Part shown: in pieces, positions 21,962-34,600 of the stretch | Position numbering within the stretch: the stretch's first letter is position 1 | How the letters are laid out: the number at the start of each line of letters is the position of its first letter | Origin: a virus | Virus record (IMG/VR): IMGVR_UViG_3300045988_142085 | Coordinates: 160,001-224,000 of that record | Reading direction: 5' to 3' (one strand) | DNA: 64,000 bases | Translations under genes and position numbers: made by a program | The notes under the pieces: generated by a model | The model's database searches: none | What the model was told of the DNA's origin: nothing | What the model saw: the letters and a program-made list of their open reading frames with translations, nothing else

Positions 21962-22753
21962 TTAAACCTCTATCCACTGAATTGTATCGAGAATCATTTT
22001 GGATTTAATATCCTGTAATGATTTTAATGCCGTTATAGATACACCGTCGACAAATAATCCTGTAACATTAAAATAACTTACACCAGTTTCATTAATGCCC
22101 ATCTTATTAATAACTCCGATATCAAGATAAGAATCAGGAGGAATAGCATTAATATATTCTGCAATACGTTGTTCTAAATTCTTTTTAATGTCGGCTAAGT
22201 TAGAATTATCGTTAGATAAAGTAATAGATAATGTAACAGCTTTTAATGCCGGTGTCACATACTCTATATATAATGATGGACTTGTGACATTCTTTAAACG
22301 GTCTTTTGCTTCGTTTAGCGCCGCTTCAATCTTTTCGATAGTATATTCTTTAGGAATAACGTAACAAATAGCTGTACCTGTACCATACACCATCGGCACA
22401 TATGTTACGTTAGATGCATTTTGTAAATCTAATAACGCAGCATCGATTGCAATCGTATTAGATTTTTCATTAATTAAAGACCAATTAATTAATCGATATA
22501 ATAAGTTCTGATCACTTTCGCCTTCGCGACGAGTGAATCCACAGAATTTAACCATATCATCTAAATTGGAGCCTCTTAAATTTGTGTATATATGAGGATT
22601 TTTATTGGACTCAATATACAAATATGCTTCTTCCATTTCTTTGGAATTAGCTAACATAAATAAATCGACAACAGAACCACGCTCAACAGTATCGTTAGTC
22701 AGTTTCTGAAAAATATTTTTAATCGATTCATGAATTTGTGTAAATGTCTTCAT
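21962..22753 (-). CDS. hypothetical baseplate protein (263 aa)
   Basis: ORF translationally coupled (4-bp overlap) to the 179-aa gene. Confidence 0.45.
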   Translation of the reverse strand: MKTFTQIHESIKNIFQKLTNDTVERGSVVDLFMLANSKEMEEAYLYIESNKNPHIYTNLRGSNLDDMVKFCGFTRREGESDQNLLYRLINWSLINEKSNTIAIDAALLDLQNASNVTYVPMVYGTGTAICYVIPKEYTIEKIEAALNEAKDRLKNVTSPSLYIEYVTPALKAVTLSITLSNDNSNLADIKKNLEQRIAEYINAIPPDSYLDIGVINKMGINETGVSYFNVTGLFVDGVSITALKSLQDIKSKMILDTIQWIEV

Positions 22754-23289
22754 ATAACGAATCCTTTTAAAACCTTTCCAGTTCGTTTATTAATAATCTT
22801 AATATGAATATTATGCCATGCCATAATCTGATGATCATCGACATTAGGTGTAACAAATACATCGTATAATGAAGTGTCGACAATACTGTCGACGATTTCT
22901 TTTATCGCATGTAAATTTGCCTTATCGAATTTATCTTCATGACGATATTCAACGAGTCTAGATCCATAATCAGAATAAGGTTGAACTTCGCCTAATTCAG
23001 TTTTTAATCGTAACATGATTTGTTGAACTTCATAATCTTCGTTATCTTTGCATACGTCGACAGAAGATAATTTTTTATTTAAATAATCATCCTCTTTAGG
23101 CTTCACTTTAAATTTAATACTTAAAGCATTTGTCTTATGCTTTGGTCGAGTAACTGATTCAACGAAAAATTGAATTTTTAACTTGTTTGTTTTTTGACCG
23201 ATATTAAATTGAATAGCTAATGAATTAGATCGTCGACTTGGACCTAATATGATATCATCTTTATTTGTGTCTAATAAGAAATCGATCAT
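22750..23289 (-). CDS. hypothetical small baseplate protein (179 aa), possibly a gp25/W-like wedge
   Basis: Size and position only; no diagnostic motif seen. Confidence 0.35.
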   Translation of the reverse strand: MIDFLLDTNKDDIILGPSRRSNSLAIQFNIGQKTNKLKIQFFVESVTRPKHKTNALSIKFKVKPKEDDYLNKKLSSVDVCKDNEDYEVQQIMLRLKTELGEVQPYSDYGSRLVEYRHEDKFDKANLHAIKEIVDSIVDTSLYDVFVTPNVDDHQIMAWHNIHIKIINKRTGKVLKGFVI

Positions 23290-23298
23290 TTGTTATCC

Positions 23299-24294
23299 TT
23301 AAATTTTAAATTTACCAAGTGCTGATTTAGCAATCTTACCAACCTGTTTACCGATAGCACCTAAAGCTTTTGTCGCTAATTTAGTAACTTGTTCTGTCGC
23401 CCATGTCTTAGCGCGATCTAAAGCTTTTCTAGCAATCTCATTATACTTAACTAAATACTTATTAACACGTTCTACTTGTTTGCTAACATAATCGATTTTA
23501 GATAATTGCAAATTCATATTAACGACTTTTGCAAATCCACTAATCTGTGTGGTATCTAATTTAGATACAGCCGCATTTAATTTATCTTCCAAGGCTATTG
23601 CTTTATCTAAATATGTTTTACTCGTTTTATTAGCAATATCGAGATACTGAGTAGCTTTTGTATATAAATTATCTATTTGTTTTCCACTTTGCTGTTGTGC
23701 AATTAATAGATATTTCTTTTTAGCGTAGTCGACTTCTTGATCGAGTTGTTTATTAATATTAGTCGACAATTCTTTAACGAGAGTATTTGCTAACTCTGGA
23801 TTCGTATTTTTAATATGTTTATACGTTTTAATAATTGCTATAATTTGTGAACGCTTTTCACCGATTGCGGCCGGAACAGCTTGTAGGCTATCGACATGTA
23901 AAGTATCGTAAATACGTTGAGTAATTTGTTTATCTAAAAATTTGTCTAAAGCTAAATAAGCTAAATCTCTTTTATCGACATATTTAAGAATATCTTGCGC
24001 ATTGACATCCTTAGATATTTCAGGAATATTTTTAATATCCTTAAGCACTGCCTGTGCTGCCTTAAAATCTTTTTTGCTTAATGCTTCAGATAATTTAGAT
24101 TGCGTATCTTTAAGTTTCTTACGAATTGTATCGTCGATCTTTATATTTTTATCCTTGAGCAAAGTATTGATTTTATTGTTGGCGCCATTAAAATCTTCCT
24201 TTGTCGGGTTCTTTTTATAAATTTCATGATACTCTTTCGATACTTTTTGCTTAGTTTCTTCGCTAATCTTTCCTAGTATCTGATTGTAGTTCAT
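23299..24294 (-). CDS. lysine-rich coiled-coil protein (331 aa) with amphipathic C-terminus
   Basis: Highly K/E/Q-rich with heptad character; C-terminus ALGAIGKQVGKIAKSALGKFKI is amphipathic. First gene after an intrinsic terminator. Confidence 0.5.
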   Translation of the reverse strand: MNYNQILGKISEETKQKVSKEYHEIYKKNPTKEDFNGANNKINTLLKDKNIKIDDTIRKKLKDTQSKLSEALSKKDFKAAQAVLKDIKNIPEISKDVNAQDILKYVDKRDLAYLALDKFLDKQITQRIYDTLHVDSLQAVPAAIGEKRSQIIAIIKTYKHIKNTNPELANTLVKELSTNINKQLDQEVDYAKKKYLLIAQQQSGKQIDNLYTKATQYLDIANKTSKTYLDKAIALEDKLNAAVSKLDTTQISGFAKVVNMNLQLSKIDYVSKQVERVNKYLVKYNEIARKALDRAKTWATEQVTKLATKALGAIGKQVGKIAKSALGKFKI

Positions 24295-24307
24295 ATTTAT
24301 TTTTCCT

Positions 24308-24351
24308 GTAAAAAAATTAAATCTAGTACCGGTATTATTACCAGTACTAGA
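24308..24351 (-). terminator. rho-independent terminator (minus strand) after the 309-aa gene
   Basis: Minus-strand RNA reads UCUAGUACUGGUA-AUAA-UACCGGUACUAGA (13-bp stem with one G.U) followed by UUUAAUUUUUUU (plus strand 24311..24321 is aaaaaattaaa). Confidence 0.8.
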
Positions 24352-24363
24352 TTTATATTACAA

Positions 24364-25293
24364 TTACTGCTTTTTGTTAGCATAATAATTTGTTGCTGCT
24401 TTTAACAATAAATCATATGCTTGAGTAGCTTGTTCTATTGAGTTTTTAGCACTAGCATCACCTTTAGAAACTTGTTCATTAAAACCTTTAATAACGTTTT
24501 CTTTTTTGGTATCTAATGCTTTTTTAAAATCATCTATAGTCTGATAATCAGAAACTTTTAAATCATAAATATTTGATTCTAAGACTTTCTGTTCAGCAGG
24601 ATTTGCTTTAGCTAATGCTTCCTTCGCAGATTTTTCTGTGATAGGAGAATCACCGGCAAGCATTGCTGCCGTAAACGGAGCAAAATCTGTTACGAGTTTA
24701 GTCGGATCTTTTAGTTTTAATCCTTCTGCAATTTCGACAGTCGTTGTCGTTTTACCGAATAACGGCAAATAAATATCGCGGCGGATTAAAACATAACGAG
24801 CTAAATTAGGTTCCCATGATTTAACGAGAACAGTTCCTTTAACCATAAGATCACCAATGATGGAACCTTCTTGATCAGGGAGTTCTCGGAAGTCGGCAAG
24901 TTCAAAAATTCTATTATTTAATTTATGACCGTTAATAATTAACTCATCACAATCTAAATGAATTCGGTTTGCTTTAATTCTATGTGTTTGAGATATAGAA
25001 CTAATACTTCCCGAATCCAGGGACAACTTTGTATCGTTACCGATAGATAAGCCAATAGATTTACCCATCTTAATAACGATACTTGCTAAGAATCTTTTAA
25101 TCGACCAATCTTTAATCCGATGTGGATGCTTAGAAGATTCTTCCATTTCTGTAGCATTAATTTTTAAATCTTGATATACTTTCTGATTATCTATCGCAGA
25201 ACCGTCATCCGGAGTATCTTTAATTGCTTCAGATACTGCTTTATCGGTTTTAGCGATATCGACATTCTTAGACGTTTGATTGATTTCTGGCAT
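24364..25293 (-). CDS. hypothetical spike/baseplate-hub-associated protein (309 aa)
   Basis: ORF immediately downstream of the V-like gene; no motif recognised. Confidence 0.45.
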   Translation of the reverse strand: MPEINQTSKNVDIAKTDKAVSEAIKDTPDDGSAIDNQKVYQDLKINATEMEESSKHPHRIKDWSIKRFLASIVIKMGKSIGLSIGNDTKLSLDSGSISSISQTHRIKANRIHLDCDELIINGHKLNNRIFELADFRELPDQEGSIIGDLMVKGTVLVKSWEPNLARYVLIRRDIYLPLFGKTTTTVEIAEGLKLKDPTKLVTDFAPFTAAMLAGDSPITEKSAKEALAKANPAEQKVLESNIYDLKVSDYQTIDDFKKALDTKKENVIKGFNEQVSKGDASAKNSIEQATQAYDLLLKAATNYYANKKQ

Positions 25294-25659
25294 TTAATAC
25301 ACTGAGCCTCCATTATCTTGACCATTTTCATCTGGGAAGATATCGCTCTTTAGTTCGCTTTCTTGGTATATTTCAGAACCGTAATCTGCAATCCAGCGAC
25401 CAGTAACAAGAGGACGATCCCCGTATGCTTCAATTATAACATAATCTCCGCCTTTTGGGAACCAATCATCAGGTGAATTTGTTTGTACTGGCATAGCAGG
25501 CTCAGTTATTGTTTCGCCATTTTGTGAAGTATACGTTACTGTACAAGTGCAAGTTTTAGGGTCAGATCCTAAGACTGACCCTTTCAACTTTGCAAACCCG
25601 TCATTACGGATCTGTTGTCCAGCATATGTATCTTTAAATTTATTCTGTATTACTGACAT
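25294..25659 (-). CDS. baseplate spike OB-fold protein, gpV/gp5-N-like (121 aa)
   Basis: The pattern G-x-V...C-x-V-x-V...ET...LP...WFPKGGDYVIIEAYGDRPLVTGRWI matches the OB-fold of P2 gpV-type spike proteins (...P-x-vGd-x-V-x-v-x-f-x-gGd...vlG). It sits directly after the tape-measure candidate, as in P2/Mu-like modules. Confidence 0.5.
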   Translation of the reverse strand: MSVIQNKFKDTYAGQQIRNDGFAKLKGSVLGSDPKTCTCTVTYTSQNGETITEPAMPVQTNSPDDWFPKGGDYVIIEAYGDRPLVTGRWIADYGSEIYQESELKSDIFPDENGQDNGGSVY

Positions 25660-28600
25660 TATGCACCGAGCTTAGGGATATTAACATTAACTTGATATAC
25701 CTTACCATCGTCATTATCGTATACTTGATAAGTTAACTCATCTTTTTCTTTTAATGTATCCATAATAACTTTAAGATTATCTTTAGATTCACCATGAGCA
25801 ATTAATGTAAAACCAAAACCGGATCCAGGGAATATTTTTTTGGTACCGAACAAATAACAACTTGTTAACGTTATATAATCATTCGATACTTTATTGATAT
25901 ATGTATTTTGGTCGGTCGTAGTCTTATAAGATAACATTTGTTCTGCTTGGAAAATAATCTTACGAAGAGTATTTAAAGCAAATGGATGTAACAATGGAGC
26001 ATCGACGATTTCATTGCCGTCGCCGTCTTTACCTTTAATGCCGATAACCTTAACAGGTTTACCGCCTTGGTTTACAGAGAATTCGACTGTATTCTTAGAC
26101 TCTTCATTATTTAACGCTTTTTCATGGCGTACAACGAAGAATTTAAATTGTTTAAAGATATCGAATTCAGGACCAGGAACAGGAACTAAAGGATCGAGAA
26201 TAGATGTATTATCTTTCTGAACATCTTCGATATTATGCATGAATTGTTCAGCTCTCATCTTAATCTCTTGTTTATCCTTATCGTTCTCTTCGTTATTACG
26301 CATTAACAATTGTTCGACAGAACGAATGCTGCCACGTTGTAATAAGCCATCGACATAGTTTTGATTTACGAGGTACTCATAATCGCCACCCATATTGTTA
26401 GCATACATGTTGCCGTCAGCATTTAATTGATAGCGCTGAAGAGCGTCGGCAGGACCGCCACCCATCGAAGCATTTAATATAAAGCTTAATGAACCAGCGA
26501 TAGGATGATATCCTTCTTGATCTTGGAAACGATGGTTAAATACAGAGTCCATAAGATCTAATACTTGACCACGTTTCCCCCAGTTAGGGCTCATAAAGAT
26601 TGTACCACTATTACCTGCCCATGCTGGTATAAATGGCATACCGCGTTTAAGTAAAGGAGTAACACTTAATGTTTTGTAATTCTGAATAAAATCAGAAATC
26701 ATGTCGCCCCATCTACCTAAAGTATAGGCGGCAGCGACCATTAATACGTTACCACCGATTTTGCTGCCAAAATTTAACGCAGAAGATAAATATCGACCGA
26801 TCGTAGAGCCAGCAATTTTATTAAACAAAGCACCAGCTTTGCTCTTCATCAAGATATCTTTAGACGTAGCATCGATTATCTTTTTACTTATTTCAGGTTT
26901 AGCTTTTAATGCGGCAAGAGTTTCTTGACCTTTTTTAGTATTATTTATACTTTGAACATCTTTAATTAGACTTTGAGTTTCTTTACTATAAGCTTTTAAT
27001 TTATCTATTCGTTTTTTATATTCTTTATTAAATGCTTCTTCAGCCTGTTGCTTATATAAACTTTCTAAGTTAGCTTTTCCACCACGGTCAAATTTATCCA
27101 AATCTTCGACGTTAGCAAGTTCTTCAATTTTTTTCTTTACAAAGTTATCTTTATTGACTTTAAAAACATCTGCTTCATTACTTAACTTTGTAAATTCTGG
27201 CATTCTAAGATTAAAAACTTTTTTAGAAATTTCTAAATTAGCTTTTTCGAAATTAGAGCTAGCTTCTGACCAAGCATTTAATACTTTAGAGATTCCTTCT
27301 CTTCCTTGAAGCTCATATTTACTTAGCGCTAGCGAAGATTTAATAGGATCATATTTTGCTAAACGAGTTTCGACAGCTAAAAGTTTAGCTTCTAGTTCTG
27401 CAATTTTTGCTTCGTCTTTCGCTTCTTTCGCAGCATCCAATGCAGTCTTAATACCTGCTTCTCTTGTTTTTATTTTTTTATAAAAACTTTCTAATGCATT
27501 TTGGCGTTTCTTTATTCTATTTAAATCATTTGAAACTTTTTCTGCATATTCTGCCGCAGCCCAGCCTTTTGCTCGAGCAAATAAGCCCCAACCATCATCG
27601 ATAATGGCACGAACAATATAAGCTCGTTGTAAATTATAAACACCGAGAGCATATATTGCGATACGCATTAATGTAGACGTAATAGCCATATTAACAGCTT
27701 GAGTCGTCTTATCATTAAGCACATCGACAATCGCATCTGGAGTAATTGTCGTAACAAAACCTGTCGTAGCCGATAGTGTATGAACGACTTCTCGAACTCT
27801 CGCTTGACCTGTCATGCTATTAGGCTCATCGAAAATAGAAATTCGGTCATGAGGTTTTACAGTAGGATCACCATAAACTACAAGATTGCCAGAATAAATT
27901 TGTTCGACAGATTTCTTTAATCGAGATAACGTCATTAATCGAGCAGTTTGTGCATGATTATGTTCAGGACCACCATAGTTATCTGGAGCAAAATTAGATA
28001 TTGCCCAAGAAGCAACGTTCTTTAAGCCTAGCTCTATACCTGTGCCAATAGCTCCACCAATGAGAGAACCAGCACCGGCTCCGACTGAACCACCTCTGGA
28101 TCCAATTGCACCACCGACAACCGAAGTAAATGCACCTGTAACTGTCGCATAGCTATCTAAAGAGCCGATTTCACTATCGATTCCGAATGTATTTTCAGAA
28201 GAAGTATGAACTTGAGTTCTACCATGTAACCATGTATCGACTACCATAGAACGTTGATACTCAGGATAAATATCACGATCGAAATAAATATCGGGAGTCG
28301 ATTTTTTAACTTCTTCAAACTGATACATACCTTTAGCTACTGTAGCTACTTTATTAGAATTAGTTTGAATTTGGTTAGATAAAATATCGTGGTCTGACCA
28401 ATACATATGGAATTGAGAATAAGGTTTTCGTTTTTCAAGAACATTTAATTGCTTGTTGTTCTTAATATATTTATAAGCATAATACCAATTAGGTAAGCCC
28501 ATAAATACAGTACTTCTAAATCCGAAGTAATCAGTTGCGCCAATATAAGATGGATTTGCACTTGCTGCAAATTGCAACATATCCCACACTGTTCGGCCTT

Positions 28601-31600
28601 GCGTTTTAATACTAATAAATTGATGACCTTGTTCTGGGGGATCGATACCGATAACACTTCCTAGTGAACGATACCAATGTTGTTGTCCTTGTTCTGAAGC
28701 ACCATTTTCAAACTGTAGACTATCACTATTAAATAAATTAGTAATATCGGTATTTTTTCTAAAGTTATAATAATGAGCAGAAGAGTCATTAGTTACTTCA
28801 TAAATATTTTGTACTGGTTCACCATTAACGAATATATCACGATAATATGGATCGCCATAATGATAAATACCGAATGGATTATTAGAGAATACTCTCGATA
28901 GAATATTCCAATTCTTCTCACGGAATAATTGACTTGCGTAGTTTTGATCTTGACATGTTAAGAATGAACTTACTAATACACGAGGACTTACGCCACCGAA
29001 AGATAAACCATAAGGAGATTCACCTAAGTATTTTACACCACGGTTTTTAATCTTATCGCCGAAATTATCTTCACGAATAGGGTTAGATAATTCTATGCCA
29101 TCGCCTTGACCGACGATACTTACTACGTCGCCACCTTGGATCTCAGTAACAGTACCGTTAAACATAACAGGTAACTTAGCTGCATCAGCAGAATAACCCA
29201 TGCGAATATGCATACGAGCACCGGCTACTAATTTAATAGAATTTCTCTCAGGTATTAACGCTTGTTTTTCACTTAAATTACGAACATAAGTACGAGGATT
29301 AAAAATACTATCGTATAGATTTTCAAGTCCGGCAACACCATATTGTAATTGTGTCGTAAAATTGTCGCCTTGTCCGTCGTCTTCATATTCAGCTAATATA
29401 TTTTGATATAAATTATTTAACTGAATAATAGCTGTATCGGCCGCAATATTTTTAGATTTAACGACTTGAATAGAACTTACTGCATTCGTACTATAGAAGC
29501 TATCATGCATCTTCCAGAATCCCGATGAAGCACCTTCATCGATAAACATAATCTGGAATGTCGGGAATCCTCGAAGCATCCTACCACGAACATCGGTTTG
29601 AACCATGTTAAGATATGAATCTCGAATGCGTCTTGCCAATGCTTTAGGAGTCATTGCATTTGCTTCTAATTCAAGTTGCTGCATAAATTCACGTTGAATT
29701 TGAGCGATAGGATTATCGGTTGCAATATCAATACCGAGCTCTTCGATTTTTTCTACGAGACCGGAAAGAACTAAACCATATAATAGTTTTCGCAAGCTAA
29801 CTTCGTCGTTTGTTAACGGAGCTGTCGTCGTAATATTCGGTGTAATTACTTTATGAGTTAACGCATTTAATGCATTATAATCACGAGTAACGATTTTTTT
29901 AATCAAAGAAGAATCTTTACACATCAACGATAAAGCCGTTGCTACGAATAATTTACCTTTAACAAATTTATCTTGATTATCTTTAACGAAGTTTTTAAGA
30001 GTTTTAACGTTCTTTTCTTGAACGTCGTTAGCAAGTTTCATATCCTTCATGAACTCATATGCAGAAGCTTCGCTTACAGCATTTTGGAACATGATATCCG
30101 TCATATAGTTAGGATAGATATTTTTCTTAATTAAAACACATAACCAGTATAAAACATTTCGTAAGAAAGCATGTTTTGCATAATTCATATCATGCATACA
30201 ATATTTCATATATTGAATTGTTTCATCGTGGTCGGATGTTTGATAATAAGGATCCAAGAAGTAATATCGATCAGAAGCTTCGAAAGTGAAGCCTTTATCT
30301 AAAAACTTTTTACGACGTTTATTATAATCGATCGGTAAGAATTGAAGCATAGGATTTTCTTCGAATTCTTTTTGAGTAAAGCAAGGAATACCGTAAGGGC
30401 CTAATTCAGTACAAGAACCATAACTATAAAAATCAGATGTGTCGTCTAAATGACGAACATAAGTTAAACCATTAATTGTATATCGTGTCGGCTTAAAGTT
30501 TTTTACGTTAAATTCTAAATCACTTTTTTTATCTTTAGAATCATCCTTATCTTTATTATAGTTAGGATCATTAAAGATACTATTTGATTTTCCGTTAAGT
30601 TTTACAGATTGCCCCCATAAGCCATATTGACCGCCATTTTCTTGAGCACCATTAGCTAAAGCTTGACCCATATACATAATAATGCTTTTTGCTTTTTCAG
30701 GTTCAAGATCAGTAGAGAACCCAGAAGCAAGTGCAGACCAAGCAAATTTATTTAACCAATCATTAATGTCGGCATTCCATTTGGAAGTTAAAGTAGTATC
30801 GACAGATTTTGTTTCGACAATAATATTTTTAAAATATTGAATTAAAGCTTCTTCAGAACCTTCATCTTCAATAGAAGTTTCAGATAAGAACTTAAGAGCT
30901 TTATCAGCTTCCCATTGGAATGTATTAATGCTATCAACGATTACAGATTTAAGAGCGTTTTCGCCGCCCTCTTTTTTAACCTCGTTGACTTTTTTCTCAG
31001 CGCCTTCTTTTACGTCATCACCAACGACATCAAATTCTGCATTTTTTTGAATATCGTTTTTAACGACAGGTGCAGCTTCTTCTACTTTTTCTTTGGCCTT
31101 ATCTGCTTCCTTTTGGCCATCTTCTGTGTTTAAGTTATGATATAACCATGCATAATAAGGTTCTAAGAAAGTAACGCCGATAGATTTACCGACCTTCCAT
31201 TGACCGGTCGCAATACCAGATTTGAAGAGTTTCATGCGTTGTTCGTTCTCTTCTTTTTTCATCTGATTTAATTTTTCTTGCGTTAACTGCCAATCTTTAG
31301 CCGTCATTTCAGATATGCCACCATTTTGTGCAATCATACCATGACGCATAGAATATTGAGCAGCCTCACTAAGATCGGAAAGTATTTTTAATTCACCAGA
31401 TGGATTACCGTCTTCATCTGGTTTGGCAAACATTTGTAACATCTTACTATCTTGCAAAATACAGTCTCTTAATAATTCCGAGAATAAATGTTCGTGATAG
31501 AAGAAATAAAAATCAGGATCGACAAATACTTGATCTCGAGGATTTTTATAACGAATGAACTCGAAGCCTAACTCGCCAAGCTCTTTAATCGTTGGCAACT

Positions 31601-34600
31601 CTAAATCTGGATATAATTCAGCTTTAGATAAATTTTGATCGATTTCGAAGTAGCCTAATGCGGCTTGCGCAGCACGTTGAGCCGTAGCTTCTTTAGATGC
31701 AAAATTAGATTGTTCGAATTGTTTATAGATAGCAAATCGATTACGAATCGTTCTATCAGTTTGGCGCAATGTTACATTAATTTGAAATAACCCAGGATAA
31801 TTTACGACAGTCGAAATCGATACTTGTTCGACGATTACTTCGAATATACCTAATAAGCGAGTGAATTCAGAATCAATTCTGAATGGATAACTCGGTAATG
31901 CATTCGGATATTTCTTTTTAAAATAAGAAATAATCTTCGGGATCTTATCGAAGCGATCGACAGTTTCTTTATCATAAGTCATTACAGAAAATGTTAACGT
32001 AGCATCTTGTCCGCCCATAAACTGAGGAGCCTGACCATGATATGTATTCAATGTCATGTTGGCATATGTATTAGAGAAGTTTGCTGTTAAACCTTGTACT
32101 AATACATCTTCTAAATACGTTACATATTGAATAGAGCCGATACGTTCAAATTCAGAATCTTCATAATTTTCATATGTCTCTTGATTGCCAGACATTTGAA
32201 CAGAACCATCAGCATTTTGTACAGCAGCAAATTGAGATGCACAATATTCTAAGAATTTAGAATCGCCATCATAAGGAGAATATTCTAATGTGCATTGACC
32301 ATTATTTTGCTTTAACACAATTCTAAAGTTAAATGCGTTATCGGCAAACACCATATCATAATAACTAGTTTCTAAGAACATTCCAGACTGATCGGTATTC
32401 TGAATATTATCAGACATGTTCTGATTGCCACCACCAGTTAAGGTGGAAACAAACTGTTGTCTTAATAATAAAGATTCATCTCGACTATTATAATCGACAC
32501 TCGGAATGATTTTAATTTTTAAATAATCATTATCTGGGTCTTCATCGAAACTGTACTGAGGTTTAGCTTGTCCGCCGCCAGCAATTGATAGAGCATAATC
32601 CTTAGCAGCTTTAGCTACGTCGATATGTTTTTCTAAGATAGAATAATCGGACGGAATATTTAATTTTTGTAAATAATCGACAATTTCACGACCAGCTGTT
32701 GACATTACAGAAGCTTTATCGCTATAATTAAATTTATATTTTTTAAGAATATTATTAATTTGATCGCTATGAATCGTTTTATAATATTGATTTGCGATCG
32801 CAAACAATTCTTTATCTTTTTCAGATGGACGATAATAGTTAGGAGCTTTATTATTACTATGAGTAAAAGTCTGTCTAACTTTCTCCATCTTAACAAGCTT
32901 ACCTTCGTCAGGCATATAAATATTAATTCTAGGATTTAATGTGTCGACCGGCATATAAGCAGATCGATTTGCGAACAATGTTTTCTTCATAAAATCTTTA
33001 GAAGAAATATTCATCTTTCGATCGTGAAGGTCTTGTCCTAATTGCAATGGTCGTTGAATATACCAACGTAATAAATCATAGTTGATTGTCTTTGCAAAGA
33101 AGTTGCGATAAATATCGACAACGCCATCTTGTAAGTCACGCTGTTTAGGAACTTGAGGCATAAATACTTGATAATCAAATTCTTTAAGCAACAGCGTTAC
33201 TTTTAATAATTTAGGATAGTTCGGAACTGTCGCTACCGACATCGATTCAAAACAAATAGCATCGATATCGAGAACTTCATTAATATATTTATTTTCGATT
33301 GGCATATATGGAGCAAAATGGAATTCAGATAGCAACGCCCGGAATCCATTCATATGATATACGACTTTTTTCTTTTTATCACTAAGATTTGTATACCACT
33401 CTACAGGTTGTCCGTTAATACCACGGTCTTCGTTAAAGTATAATTCTAATTGTAAAAATCGTTCAGGTTTTGCATTTTCAATATTAGCAGAACCTTTCGC
33501 ACGAAGTAACGGAACAGAATTTGTATAAGCTTGTGTTACCGTATTGATAGAAATAGGTGGAACAAATAACGTTACATCTCCGATTGTACAAGTCCAATCG
33601 GAGATAGAATTTAATCCTTTAGTAATGTTATTCCAACCAAACGCTTTATTCTGAATATCGTGACGATTATCGTATTGTGATGTAGCGTTCCATACTGCAT
33701 CAGTCCAAGCTTTCGTATCGTATTGATATGCCCAAGGTTTAAGATGAGGATTCGTAAAATCAGAATACTTTAAAATAGAAGTATTACGATGGCGAGCAAT
33801 GATATATTTATTTAAATTAATCCATTGTCCATCTTTATCTTTTACGAAAATAACAGCTAAGTTACGACGATAATGTTCTAAACCATATGCGTTAATGCCT
33901 GTTTCTTGGAATACGGTAGGATCTTGTCCAGTAAAGAATTTATTAAATGTATTAAAATAGTTAGCTAATAATCCATTACCAGGAAAGCTAATCATATTCT
34001 TAGGGTATGCCGTAGTTTGATCCTGTTTAGAAGAGCCATTGATATCGATAACGGCACGAACTTCTTGTGCGTTCTTTACCATATTTACGACATCATTAGC
34101 CGCAGCATATGCTACTTCTAATGTACCGTAATTAGTTCCGTCAGCCATTAAACCAAATACAGGTTTACGTCCATTTAATAATGTAGAAGATCCGCCAAAA
34201 CGTTTTTCGGTTAAATAATCATTTACTTGGATCCATTTATTGTCGAACTCGCCGATTTGAGCAATCGTAACAGTATCGCTATCTTTATAACGTTCCCATT
34301 TAGAACCGTTCTTATTGCTACTAGAATCATAAGCTTTCGTTAAAAAAGCTTGATAATTTTGAACGGCTTCACCGTATGTAACTTGTTTAACGTCAGTTGC
34401 ATATACGATAGACCAGTGATGAACTTCTGGTGCATCGTAGAATAAGAAACGGAAGCCCATATCATAATCAAGACTTCTATTTTCGTCTTTTACTTTGTTC
34501 GCATCCAGAACATCTTCTGTCGCTTTTTTATTGCCGGCTAACCATGCTCGCATGTTTTGCTGACCGACACACAGATATTCTAACAGTTCTGGATCTTTTA

